From Bacteroidota bacterium (GTDB lineage Bacteria; Bacteroidota; Bacteroidia; Cytophagales; Cyclobacteriaceae): a stretch of 64,000 nt of DNA. Where the stretch lies: contig JBCDKO010000002.1 in NCBI GenBank assembly GCA_038746525.1, positions 1,733 through 65,732 of the forward strand. Direction: 5' to 3'. Of this stretch, positions 49,013-59,528 are shown piece by piece. The translations under genes and the position numbers were made by a program. Below the pieces are notes generated by a model that saw nothing but the letters and a program-made list of their open reading frames with translations, was not told where the DNA came from and did not search any database. Every line of letters begins with the position of its first letter. Position 1 is the stretch's first letter.

Positions 49013-49424
49013 CTATTTCAACAAGAAACTAAAAACATCCTTTGTGGTGTGATCTCTACCAACTTAGATCCTCTTACCACAGGTAATGCTTAGAAATTAT
49101 TTTGGCTAAATAAGTCTATAGCATCCCTTTAATCGACTTCTTCTCTTAGTATCATCAGGCATTTTGTCATTAGTTCTTTTATATCAACTACAGAAAATGA
49201 AGACTCGTGTGAGGTTTTACCACCAACAAAATCACTTAGATATTCTACTTTTTTTAAATCATTACGAAAAAGCATACCTACAATTTCATCATTCTGTGTG
49301 ACTGACAAGTGATTGATATTATTTTCATTCATCAATTCTTGGCTTTCAATAGCGGATCCGATACAGATACGGTAATAACCTGGCTCGCCACTAAATCCTG
49401 AATATTTGTATCTAAGATATTCAT
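49013..49424 (-). pseudogene. CBS-pair domain protein pseudogene
   Basis: MNILDTNIQDLVASQVITVSVSDPLLKAK / frameshift / ELMNENNINHLSV..IVGMLFRND...LMTK..EEVD* RDAIDLFSQNNF* ALPVV..KLV / frameshift / TTKDVFSFLLK; stops at 49129 and 49090. Confidence 0.8.
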
Positions 49425-49491
49425 GCGCTTTGTACGGTTTTAAAGACATATCGGCTCCCCGGCTTGGGAATGTTCTGACTTTTGTTTTGAC

Positions 49492-52089
49492 TCATTCAGA
49501 TCGTAACAGCTCAGCAGGGTTTACCTTAATGGCTTTTTTGATTTGTCCGGCTACTGTCATAATCAAGGTAATAACAATAATGACCATAGCGACAATGAAT
49601 GGAAGTGCAGTAACCTCTTTTGATTCCGGGAATACCTGTATTACCAAGTTCATCATCCCCATAGACCCCAAGGGAGCACCAATTAGGAAGGCAATCAAAA
49701 GAACCCATACATATTGTTTACTAACTACTGCAACTATGGCTTTAGGTTTAGCACCAAGAACCTTTCGAACGCTAAACTCTTTAAGCTTTCCTTCAATATT
49801 GAATGAGAGCAGACCATAAAGTCCCAAACAAACTAAAACAATAGCTATTCCTGTGATTAACAAAATGATCAAAATATTACTTCTATTTTCCTGATAAAAT
49901 TCATCAAAAACATCTTCCTGGAATATACGATCAAATGGATCATTTGGAGCAATCTCCTGCCAGGTTGTCCTGATAAATTGTTCCACGCTAGCCATCTGAT
50001 TTGGACGTGTTCTCACTGTTAGATAATGCACATTTTCATCTTCTAACCCTTTGAACATAACCGGACCAATCTCAGAGAAAAAATTGAAGTAATGAAAATT
50101 TTCAACTACTCCTACTACCGTCCTTCTCACATTATTAAACGTAAATGTTTTACCAATGGCATTTTCGTGCCACCCCATTATCTGAACAAACTTCTCATTG
50201 ATTACTACTCCAGATTGCCGATCTAATGTATGATCTGAAATAAATCTCCCTTCCTTTAATCTCAAACCGAATGCATTTTCATAGCCTTCACTTACGCCCA
50301 CATGTCTAATCGGCAATTGCCGGCCTTCCACTTCTAAAGAACTTACTCCTAGTCCTCGACCAATAAGATAATCCGATGCTGTTACATCTGTAATAGCAGG
50401 ATGATCGGAAACCTTGCTCTTCAGCAGTTCATATTGCGCATTATCAGTTACATAAATGGACATCGTATTCTTTGGATCGTAACCCCAGTCTTTATTTCCT
50501 AAATAGATGCTTTGATCCAAGAATACCAAGCAGCCCACTATGGTGATAACTGACAAGAAAAACTGAAGGCCCAACATAACTTTAGAAAACAGGTTCTTAG
50601 ACCCAAACTTTTGATGGCCTTTAAAAATAGTGATAGTATCGAACTTTGAAATATAAAATGACGGATAAGCGCCAGATACAAGTCCTACTCCTAGAAGTAG
50701 GCCTACAAGAAATAGGACCATTGTCAATGGGTTAGTCGTTCGGAATTGGATATCCATTTCAGGAACCATCATATTGAATAAAGGTAAAAGAAGGAAATAA
50801 GACAACAGTGCCCCAATGATTAAAGCAAAGAAGCATTGCAAGAGATTTTCAACCAAAAATTGTTCAATGATCTCTTTCCTGACCCCTCCCATCACTTTTC
50901 TCAATGCGATTTCTTTTAATCGCTTAGCAGCACTTACCACTGCAATATTCATAAAATTAAAACATGCCATCCCGAGAAGAAAGAGTGAAATCACTGTCAA
51001 CGCAATAAGTCCTACAGGATGACCTCCACCCGCAACCGGACTAACTATTTGCCAGGAGTTAGTAGAAACATCTTCCAAGGGAAAAGGATAGAATGAGGTG
51101 ACTTTCCACTCTGGGTCGCTTTCATTTTGCAAGGCCACATAATCGTTATATGTATCCTCCATAGCCGAGATAGATTTTTCATCTTTCATCAAAATGAAAG
51201 TGGCATCTGTCAGATATCCCCAGTCATTAATAGTGCCGGGTTCCAAATCAACAAAATTTTCAAAAGGAATAAAAAAATCATAAATAATGCTTGAATTATA
51301 GGGATATTCATCAAGTACTGCTCCCACAGTCATCTTCTTAATTTTTCCGTTCGAAAATTTGAAGGAAAGTACTTGACCTAAAGGTTCCTTATCACTAAAA
51401 TATTTAATGGCCATATTCTTGCTGATAACCACCTGATTTTTTTGATATAAAGCTTTCTTGTCTCCGCTTAGCAATGGAAAGTCAAAAATTTCGAAAAAGG
51501 ATGGGTCAACTAAAATGGTTAGCTCATCAAAGACATCATTTCCTGATTTAACACTTGCATTTCTGTAATCTACCCGTGTAAATGCTTCGACAGATGAATG
51601 ATCTTTTAGCAATGAAGGGCCTAAAGTTATTGGAGAATCACTCCACAATTCTTCACTACCATCTTGTTCTACGTAGTTAGTAATTTGGTAAATGCGGTCA
51701 CTTTTGGTGTGAAATGAATCCATATTAAGTTGCACATCTATAAAAATGAAAATAGAGATCGCAAAGCAGATGGCGATAGCTAAGCCAAAGATGTTTATTG
51801 AAGAGGGAACAAGATTTTTTTCAATGTTTCGAAAACCGAGTTTTAGATAATTTCGAAAAAGCATAAGTTGATTTATTGAGTTATAGTCTGAATTTATCCT
51901 ATTAATATTTGACCATCGAAAGAAGCGAAATACATCCCAGACAAATTTTATTTTTGCGAGGTTAGATCCTTTGGTTTCACTTCTTCTTTCAAACAATTCA
52001 TAAATGTCTCCTTCAATTTCTTCAAGGTATTTAGGATTGCAATACCATCGAAGAAATTGATCTGCCCATTTTGGCGGAGAAACATTCAT
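49492..52089 (-). CDS. MacB/FtsX-type duplicated ABC permease with N-terminal prefix domain
   Basis: PPKWADQFLRWYC..EEIEGD prefix, NYLKLGFRN, KEIALRKVMGG, KEFSVRKVLGA, NPAELLRSE. Confidence 0.93.
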   Translation of the reverse strand: MNVSPPKWADQFLRWYCNPKYLEEIEGDIYELFERRSETKGSNLAKIKFVWDVFRFFRWSNINRINSDYNSINQLMLFRNYLKLGFRNIEKNLVPSSINIFGLAIAICFAISIFIFIDVQLNMDSFHTKSDRIYQITNYVEQDGSEELWSDSPITLGPSLLKDHSSVEAFTRVDYRNASVKSGNDVFDELTILVDPSFFEIFDFPLLSGDKKALYQKNQVVISKNMAIKYFSDKEPLGQVLSFKFSNGKIKKMTVGAVLDEYPYNSSIIYDFFIPFENFVDLEPGTINDWGYLTDATFILMKDEKSISAMEDTYNDYVALQNESDPEWKVTSFYPFPLEDVSTNSWQIVSPVAGGGHPVGLIALTVISLFLLGMACFNFMNIAVVSAAKRLKEIALRKVMGGVRKEIIEQFLVENLLQCFFALIIGALLSYFLLLPLFNMMVPEMDIQFRTTNPLTMVLFLVGLLLGVGLVSGAYPSFYISKFDTITIFKGHQKFGSKNLFSKVMLGLQFFLSVITIVGCLVFLDQSIYLGNKDWGYDPKNTMSIYVTDNAQYELLKSKVSDHPAITDVTASDYLIGRGLGVSSLEVEGRQLPIRHVGVSEGYENAFGLRLKEGRFISDHTLDRQSGVVINEKFVQIMGWHENAIGKTFTFNNVRRTVVGVVENFHYFNFFSEIGPVMFKGLEDENVHYLTVRTRPNQMASVEQFIRTTWQEIAPNDPFDRIFQEDVFDEFYQENRSNILIILLITGIAIVLVCLGLYGLLSFNIEGKLKEFSVRKVLGAKPKAIVAVVSKQYVWVLLIAFLIGAPLGSMGMMNLVIQVFPESKEVTALPFIVAMVIIVITLIMTVAGQIKKAIKVNPAELLRSE

Positions 52090-52421
52090 GAAGAAAATGA
52101 GTAAGTGATATTTGGGATTTGTTTGTAGAGCGCTGTGCGAATTTTTATCACATGATCCAATGCCAGCTTCCCAGCTTTTGTAAGTGTGAAAAGTCGTTTT
52201 CGTCTTCCTCCCCTTGCGTTTGTAGAGCCTCCCATTCGGGAAGTCAACAATCCTTTATCTTCTAACCTTCTTAAAACCGCATGAATTGCACTGATATTTA
52301 AATCTCTACCGGTCCTATCCTTAATTTCATCCATTACAGCTACTCCATACGCTTCATCATACAACGAGCCAACAGTAAGAAGCACCAATTCTTCAAGCTC
52401 TCCTAAATGCTCTCCTTTCAT
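52086..52421 (-). CDS. PadR family transcriptional regulator
   Basis: LGELEELVLL, AYGVAV, HAVLRRLEDKG, GGRRKRLFTLT; overlaps the permease start. Confidence 0.95.
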   Translation of the reverse strand: MKGEHLGELEELVLLTVGSLYDEAYGVAVMDEIKDRTGRDLNISAIHAVLRRLEDKGLLTSRMGGSTNARGGRRKRLFTLTKAGKLALDHVIKIRTALYKQIPNITYSFSS

Positions 52422-52437
52422 ATTTGTTGTCTAATAC

Positions 52438-52477
52438 GTGAAAGTAATCGATTAGTTGTATAAAAAGTGAAAGTAAT
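52438..52477. repeat. 11-bp direct repeat upstream of padR
   Basis: GTGAAAGTAAT at 52438-52448 and 52467-52477. Confidence 0.45.
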
Positions 52478-53012
52478 AATAGATCGTAATTATTACTAAA
52501 AATTCACAGTGCCCGAAAGACATTTAACTGTTTTAAAATGTGGCTCCTGAATGTCAGAGTAATTGATTCAAACAGATACTAAACCTTCAACACAAATTAG
52601 AGGGACTTGAAATTGGTTTGATTACCTATCAATGCATAGAAAAAGAATCACCTACTTAAAATCAAATGTTATCTAAGAATCCTTTGCAAAACTGGATTTT
52701 TGGCTCAAATCGAGGCTTTCAGAATTTCAAAAACGTATTTTACTGGTCGTAAATGAGGCTTTTGAAATTTTGAGTAACGAAGAGTTGGGTCAAAAGGCGG
52801 GTTTTTCAAAGGATTCTCTAAATGAACTAATTCTATCCAGACCAGGCACTTAAGCTAAACCGAAATTCAGATAAAGATCATATTTAACTATTCAATTCAT
52901 AGGTTTTATGGCTAAGCTGACAAGTTAGCTCCTAAACATTGCACTGAATTTTTCAAAGTAAATGCAATGTCTTGAAATACGGGTTGAAAATTTCAAAATC
53001 CAGCAGCAAATT

Positions 53013-53936
53013 TTATTTCACTGGAAAATAAAGATCTGTAATCAGCTCATTTTCCGCAGTTTGTTGAGGGTCATTCACATAGAGTTCAAAAGGATCTACT
53101 TTTTTGTTATGCTTTATTTCTTTGTTTCGCATCATGGTATACAAGGTTGACCAGGCATTACCCAGATGTTGATACTTTCCAACATGTTTAAGTACATAGC
53201 ATTTTGTTGGTGGTATGCTACCCTTGACAAAATTTTTGGGCAAACCCGCTGGAATTTCCTTTGCAATTAATATGGCTGAGTAAGAAACCTTATTTTTAGG
53301 AATATCCCATTTATGATAGATCGTAGCGATTTGCAAGTCGTCTGTAAGGCCCTTTTCTTCAATAAAAGCGCTTATTTTGGCAAAATCGGCTTCCATTATA
53401 GGCCCTATATCATCAATACTACAATCAGTTTTTATCCCTAACCAAGAGCCTCCTCCAAAGTCTTTGGTTCCCTCAAATTCTAGCTTGGAAGGAACCACAC
53501 CTTCCTCTACATATGCTTTAAGCATGTCTAGCCCACGTTCATAGTCTGCACCAACATAGGCTTCCATCATTCCTTTCATAAAAAACATGAAAAACGGGAG
53601 GCTGCTATCCATCGTCCAGGTAACTTTTGTAGCATCTCCTTCCTCACTCAATTTGAAATTCGTTTTTGCGGTAGATTTCCAAGGTTTTAGAAAATTAAGA
53701 TCATAATTGATGAATTCATTTTCACGCTCTTCAATAATTTTCATGTTACCGCTTCCTGTCCGGTTTCCCTCCCATTTGTAAGATTTTGAATCTTCTGCTA
53801 CGGTTACTTTAACTCCAGGCTCCATTAATAACCAGGGAGACCATGGTTGCCAGTCATTAAAGTCACTAATCACCTTATAAATATTTTGGGATGGTGCGCT
53901 TATATTGATTGAACGTTCAATGTGCATTTTAGACAT
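53013..53936 (-). CDS. SRPBCC-GyrI-like fusion protein
   Basis: N-terminal HIERSINI..WQPWSPW SRPBCC; C-terminal HVGKYQHLGNAW..PFELYVNDP..TDLYFP. Confidence 0.88.
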   Translation of the reverse strand: MSKMHIERSINISAPSQNIYKVISDFNDWQPWSPWLLMEPGVKVTVAEDSKSYKWEGNRTGSGNMKIIEERENEFINYDLNFLKPWKSTAKTNFKLSEEGDATKVTWTMDSSLPFFMFFMKGMMEAYVGADYERGLDMLKAYVEEGVVPSKLEFEGTKDFGGGSWLGIKTDCSIDDIGPIMEADFAKISAFIEEKGLTDDLQIATIYHKWDIPKNKVSYSAILIAKEIPAGLPKNFVKGSIPPTKCYVLKHVGKYQHLGNAWSTLYTMMRNKEIKHNKKVDPFELYVNDPQQTAENELITDLYFPVK

Positions 53937-54308
53937 GATTGGTAAGGTTTAGATTAAACATTAAAACTATTTAAAATCTTAAACATTTGAGTAGTACAAA
54001 ACCATCATCTTTTTTCTTGACAATGAAGATTTTTAATCAGAGAATTAGTCTCTTAATCACTCTTTTCGCCTACTTATTCGTAATATGAAAATGTATAAAA
54101 GACTAATTATTAGCTGCTTTTATATAATTAATTAGTGTTTTAAGATTAGAGACGAGTGTAGAATTTTCATCTATTTGAACTTAGATTTCTCTTAAAATCT
54201 GATCTATAAACACAAGCAAATACTTTCGCTTAGTTGTATTCATTCCATCATTTCCGGCTGCTGAACATTCATAAGCCAGGAATAGTTGATCAAATTAAAA
54301 ATTACTAC

Positions 54309-55211
54309 ATGCTAAAAATTGCATGGTCTAAAATTTATAATCATCCCTTACCTGAAGGTCACAGGTTTCCTATGGAAAAGTATGATTTGCTTCCTAGACA
54401 GCTTATGCATGAAGGGATTGTCGAAAAAAAGAATTTCTTTAATCCCCGAAAATTGACCGATAACGAAATCATAGCAGTACATAAAACTTATTATTGGAAT
54501 AAACTCCAAAAACTTGGATTTACGAGGCAAGAAGAACGTAGAAGTGGTTTTCCTATCTCTAAACGGTTAGTAGAAAGAGAAATCACAATCAATGCCGGGA
54601 CAATTCAATGTGCAGAATATGCTCTGCAGTATGGAATTGCCATGAATATTGCAGGTGGCACGCATCATGCATTCAGTGATAGAGCAGAAGGTTTTTGTTT
54701 GCTTAATGACATAGCAATTGCCTCTCGATATTTACTTGACAATGGAAAAGCCAGACAAATTTTAGTGGTAGATCTAGACGTGCATCAAGGAAATGGTACT
54801 GCTGAAATATTTCAAAATGAACCAAATGTTTTCACCTTCAGTATGCATGGAGAAAATAATTATCCATTGCAAAAAGAAACTTCCGACTTGGATATTCCAC
54901 TGAAGGATGGCACGGATGATAAGACTTATTTGGATCTACTAGACACAGCCTTAAAAAGTCTGTTAGATCGAGTAGCACCCGATTTTATCTTTTTTCAATC
55001 TGGTGTAGATGTACTTGAAACAGATAAGCTCGGTAGATTAGGATTGAGCATTGGAGGATGTAAAAAAAGAGACCGATTGGTAGTTGGCGAAGCTAAAAAG
55101 GGGAAAATACCTATTGTAGCTTCTATGGGTGGTGGATATTCAAGAAAAATCAAAGACATTTTAGAAGCACATGCCAACACCTATAGAACTGCCCAGGATA
55201 TTTTTTTCTAA
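54309..55211 (+). CDS. Histone deacetylase family protein
   Basis: HRFPMEKY, GGTHHA, GFCLLND, DLDVHQGNGT, GGGY; ATG 54309 preferred over TTG 54234. Confidence 0.94.
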   Translation: MLKIAWSKIYNHPLPEGHRFPMEKYDLLPRQLMHEGIVEKKNFFNPRKLTDNEIIAVHKTYYWNKLQKLGFTRQEERRSGFPISKRLVEREITINAGTIQCAEYALQYGIAMNIAGGTHHAFSDRAEGFCLLNDIAIASRYLLDNGKARQILVVDLDVHQGNGTAEIFQNEPNVFTFSMHGENNYPLQKETSDLDIPLKDGTDDKTYLDLLDTALKSLLDRVAPDFIFFQSGVDVLETDKLGRLGLSIGGCKKRDRLVVGEAKKGKIPIVASMGGGYSRKIKDILEAHANTYRTAQDIFF

Positions 55212-55349
55212 CATCCCCTCTTTCACACAGTTATAGTAAAAAATGTTCGAAAGACTTATAAATAATCTTATTGCCTACAACAGATTAATAGATTGTTTAT
55301 CTGGCTTATGACTAATCTCACGTACACTATTAAAGATTAAGATAAGTAT

Positions 55350-55574
55350 ATGAAAAATATTCAATTCCCCATTGTCGTTTCTACCATCCTTGTATTTGGT
55401 TTTGCATTAGGAAGTGGATTAGAAATAAACTATGCAGTTTTAGGGATATTTTTCATTGTCGTCCATATAGCTTTTTTCTGGATGATCTATGCCATTTTGA
55501 AAAATGGAGAACCGTCTAACAAATCATTTGATGATTACTTCTATGAGGATCGTGAAGATATAAAAAGGTCTTAG
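55350..55574 (+). CDS. Small two-TM membrane protein
   Basis: Two hydrophobic helices, acidic tail FDDYFYED. Confidence 0.7.
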   Translation: MKNIQFPIVVSTILVFGFALGSGLEINYAVLGIFFIVVHIAFFWMIYAILKNGEPSNKSFDDYFYEDREDIKRS

Positions 55575-55578
55575 TTTG

Positions 55579-56781
55579 CTAATTATTTCTATGTTCTTCA
55601 ATAGAAACAAAAAGTACTTCAATAACTTTTTCTAAGTCTTCCCTGGGAATGTTTAGTGGAGGTACAATACGAATGACGTTTTCTGCAGTAGCATTAGTCA
55701 ATACATTATGTCGCATCATGGAAACAACAATCGGTTTGGTTGGCTTATTCAGTTCAATCCCGATCATTAACCCTTTTCCTCTTATTTCCCTTATTTCAGG
55801 ATATTTGGAAGAAACAGCGTGAACTTTTTCCTTGATCCACTCACCATCTTCGGTTGCTTTTTTCAATAACTTTTCTTCATCTATGACCTCTAAGGTTGCT
55901 AGTGCAGCAGCACAGGCCAGGGGATTACCGCCAAATGTGGTACCATGATCACCTCTATCTATGGCTGTACCTATTCTTTCACTTGCCAGTACCGCTCCAA
56001 TTGGGACGCCTCCACCAAGTCCTTTGGCTAAAGACATTACATCCGGCTTTAAATCAAAATGCTCAAAAGCAAACATTTTTCCGGTTCTTCCTATACCACA
56101 CTGAACTTCATCAAATACAAGAACGATATTTTCCTGGTCACAAAATGATCTAAGCTCACAGAGAAACTTTTTCTCAGCCGGAATAATACCTCCTTCTCCC
56201 TGTATTGGTTCCAACAAGATTGCAGCTGTATCATTATTGACTTTTTCTTTTATTAAATCAATATCATTGATAGGAATATGATAAAAACCAGTAGGTATCG
56301 GAGCAAAACCTTTCATCATCGATTCTTTACCTGATGCTGCAATTGAAGCCAGGGTTCTTCCGTGAAAGGCATTTTTCATGGCAATGATAGTCCCACCTCT
56401 TCCGATTTTGTTGGCATATTTCCTTGCAACTTTTATTGCCCCTTCCACAGCTTCTGTTCCACTATTCCCGAAGAATACACGTTCTAAGCCAGACATGCTA
56501 GTTAGCTTCTTCGCAAGTATCATTTGAGGCTCACTCAAGTAAAAATTAGAGATATGAATGAGTTTATGTGCTTGTGAGGCAATCGCATTTGCCACTTTTG
56601 GATGAGCGTGCCCTACATTGTTTACAGCAATTCCCGCTAAAGCATCAATATACTCATTTCCCTCTATATCCCACAAGCGAGAGCCTTTCCCTTTTTTGAA
56701 GGCAAGGGGATATCTTCTAAATGTTGGTAGATAATATTTATCATCCAGAGCATGTAATTCATCAGAGGTATAGGTATTCAT
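55579..56781 (-). CDS. argD: Acetylornithine aminotransferase (class III)
   Basis: NSGTEAVE, FHGRT, EPIQGEGG, DEVQCGIGRTG, AKGLGGG, HGTTFGGNP. Confidence 0.88.
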   Translation of the reverse strand: MNTYTSDELHALDDKYYLPTFRRYPLAFKKGKGSRLWDIEGNEYIDALAGIAVNNVGHAHPKVANAIASQAHKLIHISNFYLSEPQMILAKKLTSMSGLERVFFGNSGTEAVEGAIKVARKYANKIGRGGTIIAMKNAFHGRTLASIAASGKESMMKGFAPIPTGFYHIPINDIDLIKEKVNNDTAAILLEPIQGEGGIIPAEKKFLCELRSFCDQENIVLVFDEVQCGIGRTGKMFAFEHFDLKPDVMSLAKGLGGGVPIGAVLASERIGTAIDRGDHGTTFGGNPLACAAALATLEVIDEEKLLKKATEDGEWIKEKVHAVSSKYPEIREIRGKGLMIGIELNKPTKPIVVSMMRHNVLTNATAENVIRIVPPLNIPREDLEKVIEVLFVSIEEHRNN

Positions 56782-57344
56782 AGATGAGGGTCAGATTCCC
56801 AGTTTCCAAAAACCCAGTTTCCAGCATCTTCTTTATCATCTGAAGTAAAGAAATCTTCTATCGCATCCATTAAATCATAGCGATGAAGTTTAAAATTATC
56901 CTTGGAGACAAGTTTAGGAAAAGCCTCATCCAAGGCATTTTTATCAATATTAAAAATTCGGTAAAAATCTTCATACTCTTTTCGCGAGATATATCCATCT
57001 CTATTATGATCAAAGAAATCAAACATAAAATTGAATACAATCTCTTTGTATTCCACAATCATGTCTTCTCTTTTTTGTACCTCGTTGTCAAAAAAAGTTA
57101 CCCATTCCTTTTCAGATATTTGTAAAGGATCTACTGACTCAATATCCCTTACTAAAGAATTGAAAAATCGAATCGCTTTATTGGTTAAACGCTTTCGTTC
57201 ATTACCACCTTCTTCATAGTTCATAATTGCACAAACTTTGTCAACCATTTCCAAGAAATCTTCAAGTTGAATATATCCATTTTTATTAAGGTCTAAAATA
57301 TGGAAAAAATAGCTAAGCTTTTGCTTTTGAAATTCGGTAGCCAT
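56778..57344 (-). CDS. EF-hand calcium-binding protein (calerythrin / SCP-like)
   Basis: Canonical loops DLNKNGYIQLED and DHNRDGYISRKE; starts MATEFQKQK (alternative start 57362); ends DFFTSDD..GNWVFG. Confidence 0.88.
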   Translation of the reverse strand: MATEFQKQKLSYFFHILDLNKNGYIQLEDFLEMVDKVCAIMNYEEGGNERKRLTNKAIRFFNSLVRDIESVDPLQISEKEWVTFFDNEVQKREDMIVEYKEIVFNFMFDFFDHNRDGYISRKEYEDFYRIFNIDKNALDEAFPKLVSKDNFKLHRYDLMDAIEDFFTSDDKEDAGNWVFGNWESDPHL

Positions 57345-57814
57345 TGAAAACAGGTTTATCATTTAAATATATACAACCAATCAATTACTTATTAATATCG
57401 AACAGAAAAGTAATCTAATAAGAAATCAACCTTACAGCTATTGAGATAATAAAAGCTGATTCAGTTTTTAGATGTCCTTTATACACAGCGCTGGACATAG
57501 GATACTATAAGTCTTTGGCTGAAATTCTGTGTTCTCCTGGACGACATCATAGCACACATTCGCTTGGTTACAGAGCGTGCCTGTTGGATTTGAACATCAA
57601 ATAGATCCATCTTCTTCTTGTGGAAAATCGGTTAAATCCAAATATTTTTATTGAATTAGACACTTAGTAAATATGAAAAATAGGGGTTAGCATGCATATG
57701 AGCACATTTGGGTCTAGAAATCTGCTGATTTGTTGTGCTTTCTTTATCAGAATGAGCTATTTTCTTTGTTTGTAGCTTGCTAGAGCTATTTATTAAGTGC
57801 CTACTTCAATATTT

Positions 57815-58072
57815 TTATTTTAAATGTCGCTCCCAATAATTTGCTCTGCGTTCATTCTTTATCCTTAAGATCATCTCTTCATTATCAAAAATGCTATTGG
57901 GCTCACCCTTAGAAGTAAAATGCCAATTACCACAATCATGGCATTTATAAACATTAATTGGTCCTTCTCCTGTTTTATACTCATTAACAATATGGTGCTG
58001 AATAAGCGCCTCTTCTGCAATCTCAACAGTTTCATAAATCCTCTTTCCCGATACGCATTTATACGTTTTCAT
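57815..58072 (-). CDS. Small hypothetical protein with putative Zn-binding motif
   Basis: KCVSGKRIY...VYKCHDCGNWHFTS. Confidence 0.7.
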   Translation of the reverse strand: MKTYKCVSGKRIYETVEIAEEALIQHHIVNEYKTGEGPINVYKCHDCGNWHFTSKGEPNSIFDNEEMILRIKNERRANYWERHLK

Positions 58073-58554
58073 TGCTCAAATCGCTTTATCTGCCTTGGTA
58101 CAATCATTAACACCTAAAGCACTAAATGAAAATCAAAGTTCATGGCTTTAAGGATAAATGCCAATTTCCAAATTCTTATTTAACTCCAAAATAAAAAGCA
58201 CCTTTGGTCCAGCAGTATTAAAATATTGATTTTAATCACAAAGTCATCTCTTAGAAAATCAATGGTTGCATTTAACAACCGGAATATAACCTTTCTTGTG
58301 CTCTTTTTGGGTTCATAGATCAACATAGCAATATTCTGCTTTTGAAAGGCTGCTATTTTTTCCATGCCATAAACTCCGTCTAGGTTTACTTACGAGAAAA
58401 AAAGAACAATACCGAATGAAGAAAATAAAAATTATTAATCATCATGATAACTTTGTTACAGAGAATAAGATAATCCATGGTTATCAGATATTACTGCGAT
58501 TATTACTACAACTTAGAGATTTAGTCATTGAAGATCAGAAATTTATATCATCAC

Positions 58555-59097
58555 ATGCGAACTTATTTTTTTTATTCTTTTTTGTTATCCGTTTTTTTGA
58601 GTTTTGCTCAAACGTTGGAAGAAGTCAGATTGGATGAGAAGATTGATGAAATTACTTACAATTGGGATTTAGAAGCAGACAAGTTATCTTCATATGAAGG
58701 ATTATCGAACTTGTGTATTAATGCAAAATACCGACTTGAAATTTTTAACCTCCTAAAAGAAATCCACCACTATGATAGTGTACTTTATGACGTACTTATA
58801 AAGTTATCTGAGAGAAACAAAGACAAAGAAATCAATATTACACTTCGTGATATAAAGAAATTTGAAGAGGAATATAACATGAAGAAGTTCATTCATTTTA
58901 TGCAGAAAGAGTGCAATCTGCGATCGGAAATAGAAAGAAATGCAGATGAAACAAAAAGTGAAGTAGGCTATACCTCGTACTCTAGCCAAGTATATATGCT
59001 TGAAACAGAGCTTTATAAATACATAAAACAAACTACCAGAAGTGTGGATAATATTAGACGACACGTACATCATCTAAGTAGTCACTACCAAAATTAG
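58555..59097 (+). CDS. Secreted alpha-helical hypothetical protein
   Basis: Signal peptide MRTYFFYSFLLSVFLSFAQ, long open frame. Confidence 0.7.
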   Translation: MRTYFFYSFLLSVFLSFAQTLEEVRLDEKIDEITYNWDLEADKLSSYEGLSNLCINAKYRLEIFNLLKEIHHYDSVLYDVLIKLSERNKDKEINITLRDIKKFEEEYNMKKFIHFMQKECNLRSEIERNADETKSEVGYTSYSSQVYMLETELYKYIKQTTRSVDNIRRHVHHLSSHYQN

Positions 59098-59490
59098 AAG
59101 GTTAACATTTGCCAAAATATTCTAGTCCGTTTAGTGTTAAAATACTTTTCAAATTTAATTTGATTGAAATTAAGGCTTCCAGAATTTTAAAACTGTCATT
59201 CACGGTGCGTAAAATGAAGACTTTTTTGATGGGTAAAGAGGAATAAGACTTTCACCTTAGAAGCCTTGCCTACTCTGCCATGATCGCTTGTTTTATGTTG
59301 TTCAGGCAGCCGGAGACCGATTGAATCTTCCATCAGCACTCCGAGGTGGAATTGCTGAAATCTTTCAAAGAACATTAAAATAAAAGCAGACAGCGAGTCT
59401 TCTGCCAAAAATGCAAATTATATTCTACTAAGCCCCGCCCACACCGTAAATAGAAAATTCACCAATAGCTTATTGAATCCTACGAAAAGG

Positions 59491-59516
59491 TGTAACCTTT
59501 TGAATTTTTTGTATTT
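59491..59516 (+). promoter_or_regulatory. Putative ECF-type (autoregulatory) promoter
   Basis: TGTAACC-N13-GTATTT directly upstream of the ECF gene; AAC in -35 and GT in -10 as in ECF promoters. Confidence 0.45.
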
Positions 59517-59528
59517 AATGGTAGAGAG

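Noticed and set aside
52480-53012. About 530-bp intergenic stretch with GAGGCTTT twice
   Set aside because: No ORF, terminal inverted repeats or stable structure that I can support
57363-57814. Intergenic region possibly holding a gene remnant or ncRNA
   Set aside because: Short open frames only, no recognisable family or RNA motif
59150-59460. GC-richer patch and 70-aa ORF upstream of the ECF gene; considered 6S, RNase P, SAM or glycine riboswitch
   Set aside because: No diagnostic motifs matched by eye; an Infernal/Rfam scan would settle it
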